Shown here: positions 58,300 to 64,000 of the stretch, one piece after another
How the letters are laid out: each line of letters starts with the position of its first letter
How positions within the stretch are numbered: position 1 is the stretch's first letter
Source: Thermoanaerobaculia bacterium
GTDB lineage: Bacteria; Acidobacteriota; Thermoanaerobaculia; Multivoradales; Multivoraceae
Reading direction: 5' to 3'
DNA length: 64,000 nucleotides
Assembly: GCA_963664405.1 (NCBI GenBank)
Contig: OY761158.1
Coordinates: forward strand, 4,416,001-4,480,000
Translations under genes and position numbers: made by a program
The notes under the pieces: model-generated
Databases searched by the model: none
Told to the model about the DNA's origin: nothing
Seen by the model: the letters and a program-made list of their open reading frames with translations, nothing else

Positions 58300-59181
58300 A
58301 AGGCGAGGTGGCGTCGAGACTCTCCCTCTTGTTGAATCGGAGCCGTCTGGTGGCTCGATCTGGCTGCCTCGAAGAGCGAGATGGGAAGAAGACCGCAGGT
58401 GGTCCGTATCAATTGGGCCCCTAGGCAGCACGCCAGCTCGACGGACGCGAGACCTCCAGACTTCGATTCCGCCGTGGAGGGTCGAAAAGCAACGGCGCCT
58501 AGCGGTATGGCACATGTCTTCACGGCCGAGGACCCTTACGTTGGCATCGACCTCGGAGGTGCCCGACTCAGGGATTACCTAACCGCCGAGGCTCGAGGCG
58601 ATCGTAGAGGCCATCGATTCGTATGCGCGGAGTACTCCTAGGTCTCGGGCTGACAAGTGCTCGCGGACTTGTGCCTCGAGTCACAGGGCAGTCGAGATCA
58701 CTCTGAAGGTCGAGGTTCGTGTGGGACTCGTGCGAGCATCGTCGAAGGTCGCCCGACACGATTCCGAACCGACAAGGAAAGGAGCAGCTGCGGCGCTGAA
58801 GCCGAAACGGCTCGAGAAGCCGCAGGAAGTGCCCAGCGCGACGGCACGTAAAGCCCTACCTCGCGACGCAAGTACTCGAAGGCCCGCAGTGCCGCCAACG
58901 GGGGCTTCAAGGCGCATCACGACAGGGGCACGTGGCGAGAGGTGCTACACCCCGAGCGGGTGAACAGCTGTACCCGTCCCAGAGCGCTCGGATCTGGCTC
59001 TAGTGCGGCAATGGCTTCGTGTCAGAGCCCATCGAGATTGATCGTCTCTTACGGGGTTCGAAGCTCTTTCGCAAAACGGACTAGCCCAGTAGACCGTGCC
59101 AGCAGGAGCTACGGCCTAAGGCAGATCGCCAAGGCTCTCGAGGGGAAGACCGAGTTCTACAGCGGGACCCAGAGACGATGA
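58300..59181 (+). pseudogene. Decayed phage primase-polymerase (NrS-1-like)
   Basis: Fragments in shifting frames: LEERDGKKT..PYQ, HASSTD, DFDSAV, VFTAEDPYVGIDL, ARSAANG, SYGLRQIAKAL. Confidence 0.65.
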
Positions 59182-60600
59182 CCGAGACCGCTAATCAGAG
59201 GACCTTCAGTGCGGCGACGAAACTTATCCGGTTAGCTCCGAGCGCTACAAGCTCGGGCTGTCGACCGAGGGCGAGTGAGTACGCGGCGCCGACCGAAGGG
59301 CCGCGAAGTAGCCCGCCAGCTCCGATTGAGCCTGGGCGCTGAACTCGCCGCTGCGTACTGGCCCGAAAGGCCGCCAGCCGTAGCGCCCTCGCCGATGCGT
59401 TCGGCGACGATCGAGGGACTCGCGGCGAGGTCGAACTCGCGCTCCACTCAGAACGGCACAGGACGGTGGGGTGGTCTGGCTTGACCTCGGAACGAGAAGG
59501 CACACTGCGTCCGCGGCTGCCGATGGTGGAGCTCACCGATGAGCCTGAGGTACTCTTACGCTCTCCGGTGACCGCGCCGATGCCAGAGCCGTGATGGCGA
59601 CCTTCTCCCTGGGACCTGGTGCCAGGATCGGGAGCCTGGCCGCTCACTTGTCGGCACGATGTTCGCAATGCCTCGGCCATTCTCCTCGAGAGACATCAGT
59701 GATCACCACGGAAAGTGCCGCGTGCTCGATTCGCGATCCCACCAACGCGCTGCGTTCCAGGTGGTGACGTCAGCGCGTTCCACATCGGCGTCAGCCGTCC
59801 TGCGTCGACAACGACGCTGCAGGACTGAGAATGGCTTCATCTCGCCGCGCCGCTCGGGAGGGCTTCGTTCCGGCTACACGGTCGCTGATAACTTCGTGCG
59901 ACATCGCCAACGGGCTCGACCTCGATGCTTATCGAGGAGACCCTGACAGGTCGATCATTCGAGCTGCCCCGGATCGATGCTGAGGAAGGCGCACCGAAGC
60001 CGACTGCGAGGAGTTACAAGCGCTGCGAGCTTAGTGGCTCGAGGGCGGTGTGGCTGCTGCTTACGGTACATCCATCAGCCATGATGGCGGAAGGCGCGCT
60101 GGCCTGCCCAGCTAGGCCACCGTCGAGCACACTTTAGACGCATCCCAGCTATGTCCACTTCGGGCGTCAGCCTGGCCAGCTCTCGAGTGCCGTCGACGCA
60201 CGACCACGTCGCTCGTGCGTCGCCGGCTCGACACCGAGGGGGCCTGGACTGCCGTACGGCGACAGATCTTCTCCAGAGCTAGAAGGGGGTGATGCAGGCC
60301 GCCGAACATGGCCTCGCATCTCGCGCGGTCGAGAGTATAAGCGTCGCTTGGGCCTGGGCAGATGGTACGTTCGTGCGAGTGGACTCATGGCGTCGCCGAT
60401 AGAGGAAGTCGACGCACCAAAGCTGCCGAAGATAGCTCGATGGTAGCTAACTCAACACGTGATCCGTAAGGCGCATCGGCAGGCGATACGCGACCGGACG
60501 GCCAAGGCGGAAGGCGCCCGAGGAGAACCACTGTCAGATTCAGCACGGTGCGAGACCCCCTCGCTATCGAACGCCGGGCTCGGTGGGACGGTCCACTGAA
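59178..60600 (+). pseudogene. Heavily decayed primase-associated ATPase/helicase
   Basis: Fragments VVWLDLG, DG(W)ELTDEPEVL..SPVTAPMPEP, RSFELPRI; boundaries approximate. Confidence 0.45.
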
Positions 60601-61275
60601 TGAGTGACGTCCGAAACCTCAGCATGCCGCGCGCTCGCGACGGTCAAGCGACGGTGACCTACCTACCAGGCTACTGACACCGGGGAGAGGTGTAATGGAC
60701 GCACCTGGCGTTCACGCGGAGCTCCAGATCTGCTCGGCGACCGCTTCAGAGGGGAGGACCCGCCAACGGTGTCAAAGATCCGGTGATTTCCAGAAAGTCG
60801 CCAAAGCCGAAGAGCCCCTGCGGTTGTGGGCCGCGGGGCTTCGAAGGCGGCCCTAGGGTTGTCTTGACGCAGGGCTCGGTAACGCCGTAGATGGTGACGT
60901 ATCTGCCCGACAGCTGGTCCGCTGGCACTCGAGGAATTCGAGCCGCTGACGAGCTCGTCCTCTTCGCCGAGTGACCGACAAGTCAATAACGACGAGCGTT
61001 GAGCGACACTCAAGCACAACGAGGCTTCTCGAGCTTTCGGGCCGGATACCACCGTAAGAGAGTGACCTCCTCGGGCGGGCAGGGGCGCAGTGACGGCAAA
61101 CGGCGGACGTTCTAATGGTGGCGCTCCACGATCCAGCTACTTCGGCGCCACCTTACGCACCTCGCGAGTGGACTCCGCAGCGGGCCCGCGTTCGCCGAGA
61201 GCTACTCGGTGGTAGAACTTACACCTTCGACGCGAGGCTTCCTCGCCGGCGCCTCAGTCTGGGAGTGTGAACTGA

Positions 61276-61580
61276 TGCCTTGGGCGGCCCCGACTCACAC
61301 GCCACCTCGGCCGCCAGCCAGCAAGTCCGAGGCTACGGTGCTAGGCATCGCCAACGTGGCGGCAGCAGTCATGGCTTCAGAGACCCGATCTGCCGAGGCT
61401 GGCCACCTGCGGTACCAGGCTCTGCGACGAGAGCGACTGTCCGCGGGATCACGCTACGCCCATCGACTAGTTCGCAAGAACCTGCGCCCTACGAGCTCGA
61501 GAACGGGCAGTACTCGACTACTGGCTCCAGCGCGAGCTGGCGGCCGGCCACTGACCAGGACAAGCCGAGCGAGTGACCTT
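61276..61580 (+). pseudogene. Decayed HNH endonuclease (terminase-associated, gp74-like)
   Basis: MPWAAP, RGYGARHR, RDPICRG and YELENGQ fragments immediately upstream of terS. Confidence 0.55.
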
Positions 61581-61639
61581 CGCTCGCATGGTGGACGACG
61601 TTCTCGCCCCGAGGCTATCAAGTCGCGGCTGGAGTACCC

Positions 61640-61770
61640 CTGTGAGGCCCTCAGAGGCCCCTCAAAGGCCCGAACGGGCGCAGGCGTGGGGGGGGGGGCC
61701 CTAAATCTGTTATTTTAGGCCGAAAGACGCGCCCGTGTTCTGTATATCGTGCCACAATGAAATTTTCTAA
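61640..61770. other. Candidate cos/packaging-site region
   Basis: Three AGGCCC repeats and an 11-G run followed by CCCTAAATCT, between HNH and terS, where HK97-type phages carry cos. Confidence 0.4.
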
Positions 61771-61784
61771 TCCAGGCTGGCCCC

Positions 61785-62282
61785 ATGCCGAATAACCGAC
61801 GTAAAACCCAGTATCAGAAGGAGCTACTAGGGACGGCGCGGGCGTCTCGGGCTATACATCGCCCGCCCGCTGACACCGTACACCCGAAGCCCCCCGCTGA
61901 ACTATCGAACCAGGCCAAAAAGATATGGCGCTGGCTGTGCAAGCGCATGGCGGAGGACGGTACACTCCGGGCTAAATACCTCGGCGCTATGGCTGGCTGG
62001 TGCGCAGCCTGGGCCCGTTGCCGGGAGATGGAAGCTATACTAAAAAGAGACGGCCCTGAGATGCTGCGCCAGGGCTCCTCGGGGCAAGTTAATATGGCGA
62101 AGCATCATTTACTACAGCCTCTAAACATGGAGTATAAGCTGATGCGCTCGTTTCAGGCTGATCTAGGCTTGTCACCAAAGGACGCCCAAGCGCTGGACTT
62201 AGCAGAGCCCCCGAGTGAGGACGAGGATCTGGGAGCGAGGTATCTGAGGGGCGACCATCCAGAACCCGACCGTCCAAACTGA
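61785..62282 (+). CDS. terS: Phage terminase small subunit (P27-like)
   Basis: PKPPAELSNQAKKIW..L, WCAAW, LGLSP; precedes terL. Confidence 0.88.
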   Translation: MPNNRRKTQYQKELLGTARASRAIHRPPADTVHPKPPAELSNQAKKIWRWLCKRMAEDGTLRAKYLGAMAGWCAAWARCREMEAILKRDGPEMLRQGSSGQVNMAKHHLLQPLNMEYKLMRSFQADLGLSPKDAQALDLAEPPSEDEDLGARYLRGDHPEPDRPN

Positions 62283-63972
62283 TCCGGCTACGGCCTACGC
62301 CGCAGCGGTATGCAGGGGCGAGGTAATTACCGGGCGGCTAGTGCGGTTAGCCTGTGAGCGCCACCTTCGCGACCTGGAGCGCTCGGATATCGAGTGGTGT
62401 CCTGAGATCGGCGATACCTTCGTCGGCTTTATAGCGCACCTTCGCCACATCAAAGGACGGTGGGGGAAGGCGTATCACGGGCGCGGGGAAGCTGTGGAGC
62501 TCATGCCGTGGCAGTTGTTCTGCTCCTATTCGATGCTCGGCTGGCAGAGGATCGACGAGCTAGGGAACAGGGTGCGCCGCTTCCGCACTCATTACCGTCA
62601 AGTTGCCCGCAAGAACGGGAAGACGACGATGCTAGCGGTTGAGGGGGCTTGGCTCTTTTACTGCGACAAGGAACCCGGCGCCGAGGTCTACACTTGTGCG
62701 ACTAAGCTAGACCAGGCGCGCATCCTCCACGAGGTCGCCCGCACGATGATCGCCCGTTGTCGAATCCTTCAACCCATACGCGGGTTTTAAAATTCAACAT
62801 CTTCTGCTCCTCGACGAGCTCCAAGTTTGAACCGCTTGGTTCTGATTCAAAAACCCTCGACGGGCTCAACCCACACGCGGCTCTAGTAGATGAGTATCAC
62901 GCCCACCCGACGGACGAATTAGTTAATGTATTAAAGACCGGCATGGGGGCGAGGGAACAGCCTGCACTTATTATTATTACCTCAGCGAGTGATAATCTCG
63001 ATAGTCCTTGTGGAGCCGAGCGAGCTTATGCGATCAGGGTGCTTGAGCAGCGCCACGAGGACGACACTTATTTTGCCTACATTGTGGAGCCGGATAAAGA
63101 GGATGACTTTGCGGACGAGGCTTGCTGGGTGAAAGGGAACCCGTCGCTCGGTGTCACCGTGCGCATTCAAGAGCTCCGCGAAGAGTTTTCTCAGGCCAGA
63201 GAGACCCCAACGAAATTCGGCGATTTCCTTCGGAAGCGACTCGATATTTGGGTGGAGTCGAGCTCGAGCTGGATACCCTTTGAGACGGTGGAGGCATGGT
63301 GGAAGGAGTGTGCGGGCCCGGTAGATCCCAACCGCCTGAGGGGTCGGGTCTGTTATGGCGGTCTCGACATGTCCAGCGTTACGGATCTGACCTCATTGGC
63401 GCTCGTCTTCCCTCCGGATGGAAACTCGCGTGACTGGGCGCTACTACTGCGGTTGTGGTGCCCCGAGGTTGGCCTGACCGATCGCGTCCGGCGAGACAGG
63501 GTGCCGTATGACGGGTGGCAGCGAGAGGGTTGGCTCACCGCAACCGAGGGTAATCGCGTCGACTACGGCCAGGTGAAGAGAGAGGCGATCGAGATGCTCG
63601 AGCCATTCAAGGTGGCCAGCGTGGGCTTTGACCCCTGGAACGCCGAGATGATCTCGCAACAAACTCACGGAGGCAGGCGTGCCTATGACTGAGGTGCGGC
63701 AAAATTTCCGTGACTTGAGTCAAGGGATGAAGACCCTGAAGGGACTCATCTTTGACGCTCAATTGAGGCACGGCGACAACCAGGCGTTCCGTTGGATGCT
63801 CTCGAACGTGGCCGCGCGGGTGGACGAGAACGAGAACATAGCTCCGTCGAAGAAGAAGGCCTCCGAGAGGATCGATGGCGTGGTGGCGACCATCATGGCC
63901 ATAGCTCGCTCACAGAGTGAGGGCCCGCCGCCCGTGTCGAAATACGAAACCGAAGACCTGTTGGTGGTCTGA
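62250..63972 (+). pseudogene. terL: Phage terminase large subunit split by two frameshifts (~62785, ~63662)
   Basis: ATAYA..V..GEV, LACERHL, VARKNGKT (Walker A), LDGLNP..VDEYH, ITSA, GGLDMS, FDPWNA, VRQ, RIDGVVA; start approximate. Confidence 0.88.
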
Positions 63973-64000
63973 GGAGGTCAGAAGATGAGCAATACAGTAC

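Larger units (their letters stand above)
55009..64000 (+). mobile_element. Integrated prophage/phage-satellite-like element at tRNA-Gly (continues beyond window)
   Basis: Gene order int, regulator, AlpA, primase, helicase, HNH, terS, terL. Confidence 0.8.

Noticed and set aside
59200-61200. Large novel ncRNA in the apparently ORF-free stretch
   Set aside because: Most of it resolves into frameshifted helicase-like coding relics, and no convincing long-range pairing was seen
62775-62795. Programmed -1 frameshift in terL at CGGGTTTTAAAA
   Set aside because: The G_GGT_TTT heptamer is not in the reading frame of the upstream ORF, and a second, opposite shift occurs at 63662; mutation or sequencing indel is more likely

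Overview
GC-rich bacterial accessory region, most likely from an Acidobacteriota (Thermoanaerobaculia-like) genome. That placement is inferred from an ADOP-type duplicated permease and a 'CLNNGRF...FWFF...KVLDGC...DTQAF.C' C-terminal module. The window is a hot-spot of layered, partly decayed mobile DNA. (1) 1-1.5 kb: right end of a three-ORF IS21. (2) 1.6-7.8 kb: a dense GNAT/HAD/methyltransferase array with eroded attC-like junctions and no integrase. (3) 9.2-16.7 kb: a tRNA-Ser-derived att remnant and a satellite-like mini element, interrupted by an intact IS256 (9-bp TSD) and bracketed by a ~100-bp structured inverted repeat. (4) 17-27 kb: truncated IS21 and IS6, plus diverged duplicates of genes from the first 8 kb. 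(5) 27-37.5 kb: a PspA/YbjN/DUF350/DUF4178/K+-channel/J-domain operon surrounded by polyamine genes (speD, membrane SpeE-like, FAD oxidase). (6) 39-43.8 kb: recombinase and IS scraps, and a second copy of an HTH plus predicted antisense-RNA cassette driving an unrelated cargo gene. (7) An rtcB carrying a 412-aa LAGLIDADG intein and a Zn-ribbon insert. (8) Ordinary metabolic genes. (9) tRNA-Tyr and tRNA-Gly, followed by an integrated phage/PICI-like element with an intact integrase, decayed primase/helicase/HNH genes and near-intact terS/terL. The best candidates for undescribed biology are the duplicated HTH/antisense cassette with swapped cargo, the G.U-conserving ~100-nt inverted element, and the PspA-polyamine locus. 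All calls are by eye; no searches were run.
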